From: Enoplolaimus lenunculus
Taxonomy: Eukaryota
Assembly: GCA_030248215.1 (NCBI GenBank)
Contig: JASANG010004131.1
Span: 372,001 to 436,000 of the forward strand
DNA: 64,000 nt
Reading direction: 5' to 3'
A model generated the notes under the pieces. It ran no database searches, was not told where the DNA came from, and worked only from the letters and a program-made list of their open reading frames with translations. The first letter of the stretch is position 1. Each line of letters opens with the position of its first letter. Positions 52,171 to 64,000 of the stretch are shown in pieces. The translations under genes and the position numbers were made by a program.

Positions 52171-55100
52171 TAGAGTCGGAAAATTTCAGTAAGTATTTCT
52201 GCTTACTGAAAGATTTTGCAGCAATCACTTTGTCAATTTCTAGACCTGACTTTGCATTGAGTCAAATAACACACCTGAGGCTGTGCATTTATAAAAAGTT
52301 TCGATCTTCACACCCAGCTCTGTGTTCTGACGTAATCACAAAATCAACTTAAATCTTGGTCCATATTCTCAAATGTATATAGCAATAACTATCATTTTAG
52401 TTAGTAATAGGTTTTCAAATTCACTAACTATTGCAGTTGTTGAACTCAAAATTTGTACAGTATGCAAATCATATGGTAAAATAGTGCACAATTTTGAACT
52501 TTAGCATTGACTGGTTCGAAAGTTACAAGACCTATCACCAACAAGTGCTAGGTGCTACAAACAATTTGAGAATACAAGCCCTTAGGCCGACTTAAGACAT
52601 GTCTCTGCAACCCAGCCAGTACAAATAAAATCTAAAATGCTTAGTGTTACTTTACCAAATATTTCGCTTCACTTTGACAGTATTGTGTATATTTGGTCTG
52701 TTATATCGCTAAAACATTGTTGCCTCGTAGACCCAGTGCACCTTACATTCTAACGTGACACTGGTACAATAAAACAATAAACAGTTTAAAAAATATATAC
52801 GTCTTGAAAGATAACAAAGATGTGAACGACTGCTTTATTAAAGCATTAAAATTAACATTTTTATCTACGATTAAACAAATCAAACTAAACAACAAAAATC
52901 TAAACTTTAAAAAAGTACAATTCTGATGCAAGCTTTACGCCTAAACAACCATAGTGGTTATAAACGGATATCCGGTTACACCCTGGTTAAAATACATACA
53001 AACCGATGCCGCTAAAGTTCGGGAAAAGTGACTTTAAGCTATGACATTCTCTATTTCGCACATAATATTTGAGGTTGTCTTGCTTGCTGCCGAAGCCCTT
53101 TTTCTTGAATTCGTGCGCATTGGAACATAAAACCTATACCCATATTCTCAATTGTGTATAGCTCCTCTCATCAGCAATAGGTTTTCGAACTGACGAACAT
53201 CTGCAATTTCAAATCACAAAATTGCAACAGATGTAGGGCAAATCAAACGCGAACAATGTGCTGAATGGCAAACCTCTGGTTTCGTTTGTTCAAAGTTACA
53301 GGACCTATCATCAACTGAAGATGGGTGCTACACACTTGATCAATAACAAACTGTTTTAGTTGAAATGTAAAAGCTGGAATTTTAGAAGACGTGACACTGC
53401 GATGAATGGCACGTAACATCAAAGCATGACATATCTGAATCAATATAAACTGGATCGAATGACAACAGAAAATAAAGTTTTTATATACAACCTTACCATA
53501 TATATAATGTTTTACTTCAGGATTGCTATTTTTTTATTTGGGTAGTTGTATTTAGGTCATTTAGATATTTTACCTTCCAACAAGAAGAAAGAGTCCATTG
53601 TCGTTGACTCCATTATCTAACTTGTAATCTGTATATAAATATAGTACCGTTATGTATTAGTACGAATTTTGTACGCCTGGTAGTGGCTGATGAAAAGTTA
53701 CTGAGAACTTATGAGTTTTTATTACTTCACCAACATCAGAGGCGGCTAAGTTATGACAGCTGAATAAATAATATTAAAAATTTAATTCTAACAGCATAAA
53801 CTGCATCCCAGCGAAACTGCAGAAGTGCCTTAGGTACACATACATTTCAGTATGATTTACCATTACTGGCAGTTTCGCATACTTTTGCGGCAAAAGATTG
53901 CGAAAAATAACTCAAATGATTCGTAATCGGCAATTTGCAAGTTTCAACCACATTCAAAGCATTTGGGACCGAACAAATAGAGCCATGGCTGCTGCCTGAT
54001 CGTTTGAGCAAAATTGTTATAATTCAAGAATGTTTGCACAAAAAACGGCAGAAATTTGAAAACTGCAATCAAACGCTAACGGAATCGCACAACAAGATAA
54101 AACATTTAAGGAAGTGGGCAAATTTCCGCAGTACCACCAGATTAATTGCTTAAAGTTCTAAGTCGTTTCTGGAACATATTTCTAAAATTTTGGATGCATC
54201 TTGATGAATACATCTTTGAAGTTCGACAAAGTTGTCCAGTCAGACATCGAGGATAAATATATATTTCGTCGCATGAAATGTTATGCAATAACTACGCAAT
54301 GCGCAGTGTTCAACATTTACACGCATAGGTATACGCAGTACAAAATCTCTGCAAGACGTGAAAGCACCTTTCGCGGGTTCTAGTCTTCGTCAACTCTTAT
54401 AACCGAACGGATGCGTCGGGGTTGGACTGGTTCCTTAAATATCTCGCATGAAATAAATACATTTCTGCGGAATTGGAGAATTCATGAGATAAATATAAAT
54501 TAGCCTTTTTGACTTAATTTGTGGCAAAAATATCGTAATGTTGTGTTTTAGTTTAGTTTTAGTTTTTTCTGCTAAGTTTGTAAACATCGCTATCAACATT
54601 TATACATGTTTGTTTTTTAAACTTTTGACCTGATACTGACGTCAATCTAAGGTATCGTAAAACAATACTAAAGATAGTGAACAGTTTTAAAATTACTTTT
54701 GTTTCTAAGAGCAATTTTTATTGCAAGATTTTTTGTCAAATTTAGTTTTTATTTTTATTGCAGTTATAAAAGTTTGAATCTATTTTCCCTAAATTGTTTG
54801 CAGAAACGTGATGCAATCTTCAAGTTGCCGCCGATGCTTTAATCTGACCATATTAACTACTACAGTTAGAAGAACATTGGCCGCAGGTCTCTGCGCTTTG
54901 AATTATACTCGTTTTTCAGACCTCAGAATTCTGAATTGATTGAACTCATTCCGAGTTAATTCATCAGCGATTCCAGAATTAAATCAGCTCAGAATGACTT
55001 AACGTTTACCGTTGTTTAACGCAGAAACAACCAGAAATAACTGATTCTCTTTCTGAGTTGATTAATCAACTCATCGGAATTTACAGTGTGAACTCTATTT

Positions 55101-55245
55101 GCTCGAATCAGCATGCTAATGTACAGTTAAATTTCAAACCATTTATATGTTTTTAAAATTGTTTCTTGTTCAAGTATACTTCTAGGTTCATCGTAAGTTT
55201 TCAAAAACGAGCAGTTCGGTTCAGCTGTGACCTGTCGGATCAAGT

Positions 55246-55448
55246 GGCCCATGTATAGAACAGTGCCGGTTCGTTTTCCGGAGGGGCTATAATAGAATCA
55301 GTTTAAGCTGAAGGCTAACCTTTTTTGCTTAGGCTTAGGCTTAGGCTTAGGCTTAGGAATAGGTTCATTTATACGCTTAGGCTTAGGCTTAGGCTTAGCT
55401 CAGCAATATGCTTATACTACTGTTCCGGCACTGGTCTATACATGGACC
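55246..55448. mobile_element. Family A MITE carrying TTAGGC arrays (TIR GGCCCATGTATAGAACA..., 8-bp TSD)
   Basis: TIRs ggcccatgtatagaacagtgccgg / ccggcactggtctatacatggacc; perfect TSD gatcaagt on both sides; two internal (TTAGGC)n blocks. Confidence 0.9.
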
Positions 55449-56326
55449 GATCAAGTTATATCGCAGTTAACAATTTTTATGTTTTATGTCGTTTTTTTCA
55501 ACTTCAAAAAACAATAAAAGAAAGAGTTGTAAATAAGTGTAAAAAAATTTTATTGTTTAATGATCGGAACAATTCATAAACTGATGCTAAACTCACGTAT
55601 GACCATGTGACATCGGGTATATTTTTAAAATAAAAGCCAACTTTTTCGCGATATGCTTGTTTTACCATAAAGTTTTTTCTGATAATTTTTAAGTATTTAA
55701 ATTTTGTTCAAATATATAAGTATTTTCATTAATATTAACAATTAGAACTGGATACATTTTATGCGCTTTTAAGGTTTATTATTTTTGCGTTCACGTGATC
55801 TTTTTACGATATTTTGCAACAAATTTTGATTGCTTCGCGCATTTTCGTGTAATTTTATCGCAGGGCAAAACCGTCAAATGCAACACGGAAAACATTGGTC
55901 TCAGTGTTTCGTTGTTTATCCTCACTATAAATAAACTATTAATGATGAAACTTAGTTTATTTTTTGCATTCGTAGAAATTTCAGACGGACTGCATCGCAA
56001 TTTGCTCATTGGAAATTATATTGTATTTGTATACCGCATATTTAGGAATTTTAATTAAGATTACTAGTACAGGCCCGTGGTCAGCTTAAAAATTCTTTTA
56101 GTAGCAGCATACATGGGTTTTCGAAGACTTACAAGCAAGGTTGAAAAAATTTTCAGGGGAACCAAATTCTTTCCATGGACACTGAATCACCTCATTGCAC
56201 CTTCTGGCTACTGGCCTGGATTACTGCCTTTTAGGATACCCTTACAATATTTTTATTACATCTTTAGGTTGTGGTTAGAATTTTTAAAAGAAATTAAACT
56301 CCATTAGCAAGGTATTACTTTGACAA

Positions 56327-59300
56327 ATGGGTATTGGACATCAACTCACTCCTGCAAAGGTGAGTTGGCTGCGTTTTGGACGTCAATAGAACTGGCTTAT
56401 TCTTTAGATTGTTCTTGCTTTAGGCTTAGTTTTACACCTATCGTTAAATCTAAAGCATAGGTTTAGAAATATGCTTACTGTAGTGACCCGAATATGAGTA
56501 GAAACTGATATTTATTCGGCCTCTCCAAAGGGTACTTCCTATTATTTGGCTAAGGACTGTCTTTTTTTTGAACCATACTCGTCCTCCCTTTGTTGCTAAT
56601 ACATATCCGGATATCCGGAACTGCAACACTGTAAATTCCAATGAGTTGATAAATCAATTCAGCCAGCGAGTTAGTTATTTCTGAATTAATATCAGTAAAG
56701 ATTAACTCGCTCTGTGTTGAGTTGATTCGGTCCTTGAGTCATTTATGGTACTACAATTAGGGATAATTGACATTTATGGACTCTTAAGGTTCAGGAACAC
56801 TATCCGTTTAAGCCTCTTATTTGAGATACGGTTTCCTTCCCTTGGGTCACAACAGTAGTAGGCTACTGTTACGCCCGTTAACGCAACATCGGCCAAAATA
56901 TGTGTCTAATATAAAGGGTAAGTTTGAGGTAAAAGAACAGCAACAATTGATTAAGAACCATGGTATACTTTCTACGGTGTTACCAGAAAAGAGCGGTATA
57001 GTTACTAGCAGCACTGAATCAGAAAGCCAACCTTCCGTTGAAACTAAATGTCCCTGTATTTTTAGAATGTGTTACTCGAAAACAAACGAACAGTTGTAAC
57101 GCCGTTGAAGAATACGATACTGTTGGATGTGTCTGAACTTTACCGACCGGAAATCGAAAAGACAAATTTCAGAAACTTTGATGATCCTGAAAATGTGAAA
57201 TGCGAGGTTTGACGCGTATTTTAAATATTATTTTTGTGTTTGGAATCGGTTTTTAAGTTAAAGGAAAGAAAAATTTTAGTTTGTCCCAACCGTTAACAAT
57301 CAGTTTCGAGTTGGTGATAAAAGGTTGAAAATTGTTATTCAAGTTTTCACCAAAGTTTAGCGAAAAAACTTTGCTACAGAAATCAGTGATCGGCAAAGTC
57401 TGTGCTTACTCAGCTTCCATCTTTCGAGTTTTAAACTCTGATTAAAATTTTTCCAAATGACAACTTACGCTAAATCTTCTGAAAGTATACTAAACTGCAT
57501 GTTAGATATAATTAGTTGTATATAACTGTGTTGGTGCTGTATTCAATCGAATTTATTTTCGGATATGGTATGACGGTTTGAGCTGAAGTTTTCCTGCAAC
57601 GCAAAAATTCCTGAAATTTTTATATTTACCTAATTTCAAAACATAACATGAGTTTTGACTTTGATAAAAAATTTGTTCAAGGAGGATTTGACAAATAACA
57701 TCTGTGAAATTTCGTAATACTTTTAGAAAAAGTCAAACACCGATTGTAGCTGTTTGATACGGTTTAAGGTTTTGGCTAATGTAAACAACAGCGGTCGGAA
57801 CAGTACGAGCGTATTCGTAAGCGTAACCGTAAGCGTAAGCGTAAGAATGAACATATTCCAAAGCCTAAGCTTAAGCGTAAGCCAAGAAAGCAAATTAAAG
57901 CCTAACATTGCATCATTCTGGTCCCACAGAAAAGCGTTCCGCCCGTGATCTTTATATGGGCCGAGGTTTTGAAACTTCTGCCGCATGATATTGCTGAATT
58001 ATTTATTTCAGGATAAAAAACGAATTGCTCAACGAGTACAAAATTTGTACACAACTATGCATACAAATCAGACGATGGAATTTGTAAAATCAATGGTAAA
58101 CGCTTGCAATACACTCGAAGCAAAGATATAAGCATTTAGAGTTTTCAATTTTTACGATACCTATTTTATTGCTTTTAAATTTACGATACAGTTTTCATGT
58201 TTTCTGGTTTTCCATATTTTTACTGAAATAATTTATAAAATGGTCAAAAAAGCGCAAAAGCTCTGAGTCACATTTTACTATTTTTAATCTGTTGTAAAAT
58301 TGTTCCGCTTTATGTGTTCGCTTACGCTTAGATTTACGCTAAATAGGTTTCGGATTTATTAAAGTCAAACTTTAGCGTTTATCTTTACAACATTTTCTTT
58401 GAGCCTAAAAATATATAATTTGTAATAATAGAATCTGCTATGCATCGACCAATTTTACATTTAATTTCTGCTCTGCATCGACTAATTTTATAATTAATTT
58501 ACAGATATGTCGTATTTTAAGCACAACAAATGGCTACGATTTGATCACGGCAAATTTCGTATCTTTGATATTCTGGAAAGTTTATGTTCACTAATCGACC
58601 AAAGCGACCCCGACGTATGTTATGCGTTATCAACAATTAAAATACTATATTCTCAAATGTGTGTAGTACCTATAACAAAATCAAGACCGGATAGTACACT
58701 TGGACTAGAGTATACATTTGATAAATTTAGATAACTGTGCTTACGCCTGTTTAGAATCAACATATCCACTCTTGCTCAAGCCAATTAATTAAATTTTAAT
58801 AATTCTAAGCTACGAATAGATTTGTTCAAGATAGAGTAGTGTTTAAGCTATAAAAGCTACGAACAGCTGCCGATTGATCCTAAACGATAGCAGCGTTTAA
58901 CTGCAAGCTTGGCTCATGCAAAATTAATATATTAACAAGTGAATTTTTCTCTAAGTGTCGATTTGATTGAAGCTTAGCTTAAATGCAGGCTTACGCTGTG
59001 GCTTATGCTAAACGACCCATGTAGAGAATAGGGCCGGAACAGTAGTATATATAAGCTTATTCCTAAGCCTAAGCCTAAGCCTAAGCCTAAGCAAAATAAT
59101 TAGTTTGAAGCTTAAACTGACTCTATTACAGCCCCTCCGGAAAACGATCCGGGCCTGTTCTGTACACGGGCCTGCTAAACTGTAGCCTTTTTGAAGCTTT
59201 AATGCTTCTAGAAATTGGTTGAGGTGTATTAACTCCGATTGAAATATATTTCAGGTCGATGTTCCAAACATTTTTCACGGGTTTCAAACTGCTGAACGCA

Positions 59301-62300
59301 TTCGTGAAAAGCACCCGGAAGAAGACTGGTTTCATTTGACTGGGCTTATTCATGATATGGGAAAGGTGAGCTGGGTGACCAAAAACGGTCGATTCAGTCT
59401 GCTAAGGCGGATATTTCTGCCAAGGACGGGTCTAAGAATCGTATCCGTTCCACTGGACTACAGGCGTCATAATTTTTAACAATTAAACAAACCAACTGCG
59501 AAATGTGTCAAGAGTTTCGTATTGATAGTGCACTCGATATTGGAACAAACATAAGTTATATCTAATTTTGAGTGTAAAAATAACAGAATTTCCGTTAATA
59601 TTTAAACAACGTAAACGGAAACGAACACAAATATGTACCCGAAACGGAAACGAACACAAATATGTACCCGAAACGGAAACGAACACAAATATGCACCCGA
59701 AACGGAAACGAACACAAATATGTACCCGAAACGGAAACGAACACAAATATGTACCCGAAACGGAAACGAACACAAATATGTACCCGAAACGGAAACGAAC
59801 ACAAATGTGCACCCGAAACGGAAACGAACACAAATATGTACCCGAAACGGAAACGAACACAAATATGTACTCGAAACGGAAACGAACACAAATATGTACC
59901 CGAAACGGAAACAAACATAAATATGTACCCGAAACGGAAACGAACACAAATATGTACTCGAAACGGAAACGAACACAAATATGTACCCGAAACGGAAACG
60001 AACACAAATATGTACCCGAAACGGAAACGAACACAAATATGTACCCGAAACGGAAACGAACACAAATATGTACTCGAAACGGAAACGAACACAAATATGT
60101 ACTCGAAACGGAAACGAACACAAATATGTACCCGAAACGGAAACGAACATAAATATGTACCCGAAACGGAAACGAACACAAATATGTACTCGAAACGGAA
60201 ACGAACACAAATATGTACCCGAAACGGAAACAAACATAAATATGTACCCGAAACGGAAACGAACACAAATATGTACTCGAAACGGAAACCAACACAAATA
60301 TGTACCCGAAACGGAAACGAACACAAATATGTACCCGAAACGGAAACGAACACAAATATGTACCCGAAACGGAAACGGAAACGGATATTCGGTTTCTCCC
60401 TGACTGGACGTCATACTCTTGTAAGCAGGAGCGTAGCGAAGAATCGTTTCGTGTTGTATAAACGTCGTGAAAAGAAGTTTTGTGAGTGGCATAGCAAGCG
60501 AGATAGATTTTTCTGCTTAAAAATCAGCAGGTAATATTCCATACCCTTCAAACATGTTTTTCTCGTCTCTGTGAATTTTGGAATGATATGTACTCCTGCA
60601 TTACCTTTCATCCTGGTTGTAGGTAATGGCAGTATGGGGCGAGCAACAATGGGCAGTCGTTGGTGATACGTTTGTGGTTGGCTGTGCTCCTGGCGATTCG
60701 GTAGTGTTCGTCGACAGTTCATTCAAAAACAACACAGATATGGCAAATCCGAAATACAAGTACGCTGTGTTTTATAACAATACTGGTAAAATATCTGTTA
60801 AAAATATTTGACTGGAACGCGAATATCTGTGAATCAGGGCCAACGCCAAGGGTGGATAGAACATATCCTCTCGAAAATTCTGGAGAAAGGTGAAAAAGGT
60901 GCTTTGTCTAAACCTTAGAATAACCAAGCTGGACTATATCATAGGGGTCAAACATTTTTTCATTTGCTTCGCTCGCTCGCGAAAACACTTTTACCTTTTA
61001 AATTCTTCTCTTCCGAAATGAAATGCTGGCTACGCCTCAACTGAGAATTACCAAATCATGGTTGATTATCATTGAATGTCATATATTTTTAAGCGGTTTG
61101 GTGACGATTAGCCACCCGCCCCGAGAGCACAAAACTCTTCTATAGGAAGTTTGAGTTCAGTAGTTTACAAGTGCACAATAACTCCATGTTGCCATATTCT
61201 TGCCCAGCTTATTATAAAGCTGGTATTCAAAGCATACGTATTTTAGGCATCATTCCAACTCGGACTTAATTTTGTCTTTCGAGTGAAGAAGCGTATTTTA
61301 AGATATACATCACTAACGCAAGAAACATTGCTGTGGTTTAACCTGACCTGCTTTGAAATTGATGGGTTTTGCAAGTTTCGGCACTATTTTGGCTTTTAAG
61401 TTGAATTTCAGCACAAAATACGGCATCTACTCGGAACACTGTGGTCTTGACAACGTTACAATGTCATGGGGTCACGACGAATACCTGTACCGCGTACTAA
61501 AGAACCATCCGACGTGCACGTTGCCTGACGAAGCAATGTACATGATCCGGTATCATTCATTTTATCCGTGGCATACCGGTGGCGACTATTGGCATTTGAC
61601 AAACGAAAAAGATCGCGAAATGTACTATTGGGTTAGAGAATTTAGGTTAGTTTAAATTTTAGTTCTGTTATTCTAATCTTTTTGCTAAATTTAAAAAAAA
61701 AACTGACCCATGTAAAGATTGGGGGCGGTACGTTTTTTGTGGTACTAGAATAGAGTAAGCTTAAGCTTTAGATTTATTTTTCTGCTTGGCTTAGACTTAG
61801 GCTTAGGCTTAGGAATAATCTCATTCATACGCTTAGGCTTAGGCTTAGGCTTAGGCTTAGGAATATGCTTATAATATTGTTCTGCCCCTGTTTTTTACAT
61901 TGATCAAAAACGCACAGTTTGAATCGTCCTTGTGAAGAATAACAATATAACAATTTTGGATAATGTATAGAACATAGCCGTAACAGTAGTATAAGCAGAC
62001 TCGTTAACCTGAGCCTAAGCTTAAACGTAAGAATGAGCTCAAGCCTAAGCCAAGCAAAAAACTAATCTAAAGCTAAGGCTTACTCTATTGCAGTCCCCAG
62101 AGAAACCGTTCAGCCTCTGATCTTTACATAGGCCACAAGATGAGACCGTAGCCGATAAGGCCGCTCAACTCTGAAAAACCCGTTGCTCCCTTTGAAGTCC
62201 CATGTTCGTTTTCAATGCATACGAAATTTTACCGAACGCCTCTGTTAAATTTGTCTGGTACCTCCGAAATTTTGGGCCAACTACGGATAAATCCGAATTA

Positions 62301-62466
62301 AATCAAAATAGGTATGTTATTAACTTAAATTCATCAGCTAGTTTAAATATATTTTAGCAAATTTGATTTGTACTCAAAATCTGACGCTCAGCCGGATGTG
62401 GGATCGCTCAAATCGTACTATCAAAGCTTAATCGACAAGTATATTCCTGGAGAAGTTGCGTTCTAA
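56327..62466 (+). CDS. MIOX: Myo-inositol oxygenase (HD-domain di-iron enzyme), 8 exons, about 313 aa
   Basis: join(56327-56359,57066-57206,58012-58095,58522-58614,59255-59365,60623-60759,61412-61645,62358-62466), phase-consistent. Motifs: [88 protein letters not shown]. The first exon and the exon 2 donor are less certain. Confidence 0.93.
56478..56855. mobile_element. Family C MITE nested in a family A remnant, itself containing a family D fragment
   Basis: TA|ctgtagtgacccgaa ... gggtcacaacag|TA; family A sequence on both sides; cactgtaaattcc insert from about 56627. Confidence 0.72.
57774..57962. mobile_element. Family A MITE (array drifted toward GCGTAA)
   Basis: Family A termini; TSD aaggtttt/gaggtttt. 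Confidence 0.8.
59014..59172. mobile_element. Family A TTAGGC MITE
   Basis: Family A TIRs; perfect TSD tgctaaac; internal (GCCTAA)n. Confidence 0.9.
59612..60385. repeat. 29-bp minisatellite, about 26 copies (ACCCGAAACGGAAACGAACACAAATATGT), in MIOX intron 5
   Basis: Directly visible and highly homogeneous; it generates spurious ORFs in all six frames. Confidence 0.97.
61705..61905. mobile_element. Family A TTAGGC MITE
   Basis: gacccatgtaaagattgggggcgg / cccctgttttttacattgatc; two TTAGGC blocks. Confidence 0.82.
61958..62134. mobile_element. Family A TTAGGC MITE (opposite orientation to the 61705 copy)
   Basis: atgtatagaacatagccgtaacag / tctttacataggcc; GCCTAA blocks. Confidence 0.8.
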
Positions 62467-63016
62467 AAAATCAAATTAGCAACATTTTTAAAGCACAGAC
62501 AACGGACTTTTCATTGTATGTCTTGCTATTTTAATTTAATTTTTGGTATTTCTGATCCGCTATTTTTTAAGTGATTGTAAGCCGAAATTACGCTATCTTT
62601 ATCGACGGAAAACTATTCGGCTCAATGCGGCAGATTTGACTATTAAACTAGAGCCGATTGTATTTAGAATGACCACAATTTCATCTAATTTTTACATTAT
62701 ATAATTCAAAGTAATAATTCTAACTTAATTCGTTGCATTAATTTGAAGCCAACTGTTGGACGAGGGCGACCAGACTCTCAGGTTGAAGATGTATGTCTTG
62801 GCACTGCATTTTATTTAGTAGTAAAACAGTTTCAAACCTTTTTCAGCACAAACCATTTCATTTTAAGATGGCCTTTTACACAACAAAAAATCAAATGTCG
62901 GTACATGACATCAACAAACAACTTTAATATCTATTAATTTGTGCTAAATGTATCTCAGAATATTTGGGTGAAATGGTTTGTTAATTAGATAAATATATAT
63001 GAAAAAAGTGATAGTA

Positions 63017-63426
63017 CGGTAGTGACCTGAATAAGAGGAGTGGTAATAAGAAGGGGTCCCCATTTTGTGTCCCAATCAATAGGAGTCCGTACTATCGTAC
63101 AGGAGGCCGTATTCCTAATAAGAGTCCGTAAGCGGACAGAGTCCCTAAACCCGAAATAGAATCCATCAATGTGAATTATCCCTAATTGTAGCACTTAAAT
63201 GACTCCAGCACCAAATACAGTTGGGTTCGAAACTTTAAAGCATACCTAAGTTTTGAAAGTACATTCCTAAGTATAACCTTGCATTATCGCTCAAGCTTTT
63301 GATAAAAGGCAAATAAACGTTTAATTCTACGGATAGTTGCAGTACAGGATATATATCAGTAACGAAGGGTGGCGGAGGGAGAGGCCAAATAAAAATCAGC
63401 CCCCACTCTTATTCGGGTCACTACAG
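63017..63426. mobile_element. Family C MITE, reverse orientation
   Basis: TA|cggtagtgacctgaataagag ... ctcttattcgggtcactacag|TA. Confidence 0.85.
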
Positions 63427-63828
63427 TAACGGTTCCCTAAAACTCTAAGGTTTAGACCTTTACGTTCAAAGTTTTTAGATTTCCAAAACTTCATATTACA
63501 AAATTATACAAATTCAATCTTGCACGTATATTCAGTTTTGTTGCTTAAAAATAAGAAACTCTACTCTTTCGAGTTTGTTCAAAGATTCGTGATAATTTAT
63601 ATAATATATTTTTACCGATCTTTTCAGCAAAAATAAATTAATCTGTAATTGAAATACTACAACCGAACGGCAAATCAACGTGATGCCCGTAAAATTGACT
63701 TGGGCATTTTCCAGTTCACCAAAACAATAACTTGATTCTGCGGCAAACATTTTGTGAACGAAACGCTTTGCTGACCTCATCCAATTTAGCGTCCAAGGTT
63801 CACCAGTAAGAAGAGCTATTGGAAACTT

Positions 63829-64000
63829 GGCCCATGTAAACATCAGGGGCCGAACGATTTTCTGTGGGACTGCAGTAGTGTAAGCTTATGCTTTAGACTA
63901 TTTTTTTTGCTTGGCTTAGGCTTACGTTCAGGCTTAGGCTTAGGAATATGCTCATCCTTATGCTTAAGCTTAGGCTTAGGCTTAGGTTTAGGAGTATGCT
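63829..64000. mobile_element. Family A TTAGGC MITE, truncated by the window end
   Basis: ggcccatgtaaacatcaggggccgaacg start and TTAGGC blocks. Confidence 0.82.

Noticed and set aside
59483..60534. Long ORFs (95-296 aa) in all frames, and a CRISPR-like look
   Set aside because: They are products of the stop-free 29-bp tandem repeat inside a MIOX intron. Units are contiguous with no unique spacers, so this is not CRISPR.
63532..63843. 103-aa minus-strand ORF (and a short frame near 62740-62805) as terminal exons of a neighbouring gene
   Set aside because: No recognisable homology, and the ORF start lies in a MITE TIR. Possible, but unsupported without the adjacent sequence.
63900..64000. TTAGGC repeats at the window end as a true telomere or telomere-healing site
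   Set aside because: They are embedded in a family A MITE with its TIR at 63829; the arrays are short and interrupted.
1..64000. Autonomous transposase, reverse transcriptase, or prokaryotic/HGT operon
   Set aside because: No ORF with DDE, RT or Rep/helicase motifs was seen, and all identified genes have spliceosomal introns.

Overview
AT-rich, intron-rich eukaryotic genomic DNA. It is most likely a nematode, inferred from abundant TTAGGC (nematode telomere) repeats and many TTTCAG/TTTTAG acceptors. I reconstructed four spliced genes by hand, checking GT-AG sites and reading phase. (1) A minus-strand transcription factor: a 581-aa common region (CxxC plus coiled-coil N-terminus, NLS and SUMO-type motifs) ends in ...GGEKGSY and splices in phase 0 to at least two alternative terminal exons. 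Each exon completes a different zinc finger, a lola/fruitless-like design, but with no recognisable BTB domain. (2) A plus-strand single-pass membrane protein with EGF repeats. (3) A 14-exon minus-strand SLC13/Indy-family transporter (632 aa). (4) An 8-exon plus-strand myo-inositol oxygenase (about 313 aa). Non-coding DNA is packed with non-autonomous DNA transposons. These include a high-copy MITE with GG-initiated TIRs and 8-bp TSDs that carries telomeric TTAGGC arrays, hAT-like CAGGG/TAGGG elements, TA-flanked elements, foldbacks, a MITE with a tRNA-derived Pol III promoter, an element with a tandem E2F/CHR-like array, and a 29-bp minisatellite. One near-identical inverted pair of hAT-like elements brackets the proximal zinc-finger exon. 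No transposase, rRNA or intact tRNA was seen. All coordinates were read by eye and may be off by a few bases; no database searches were run.
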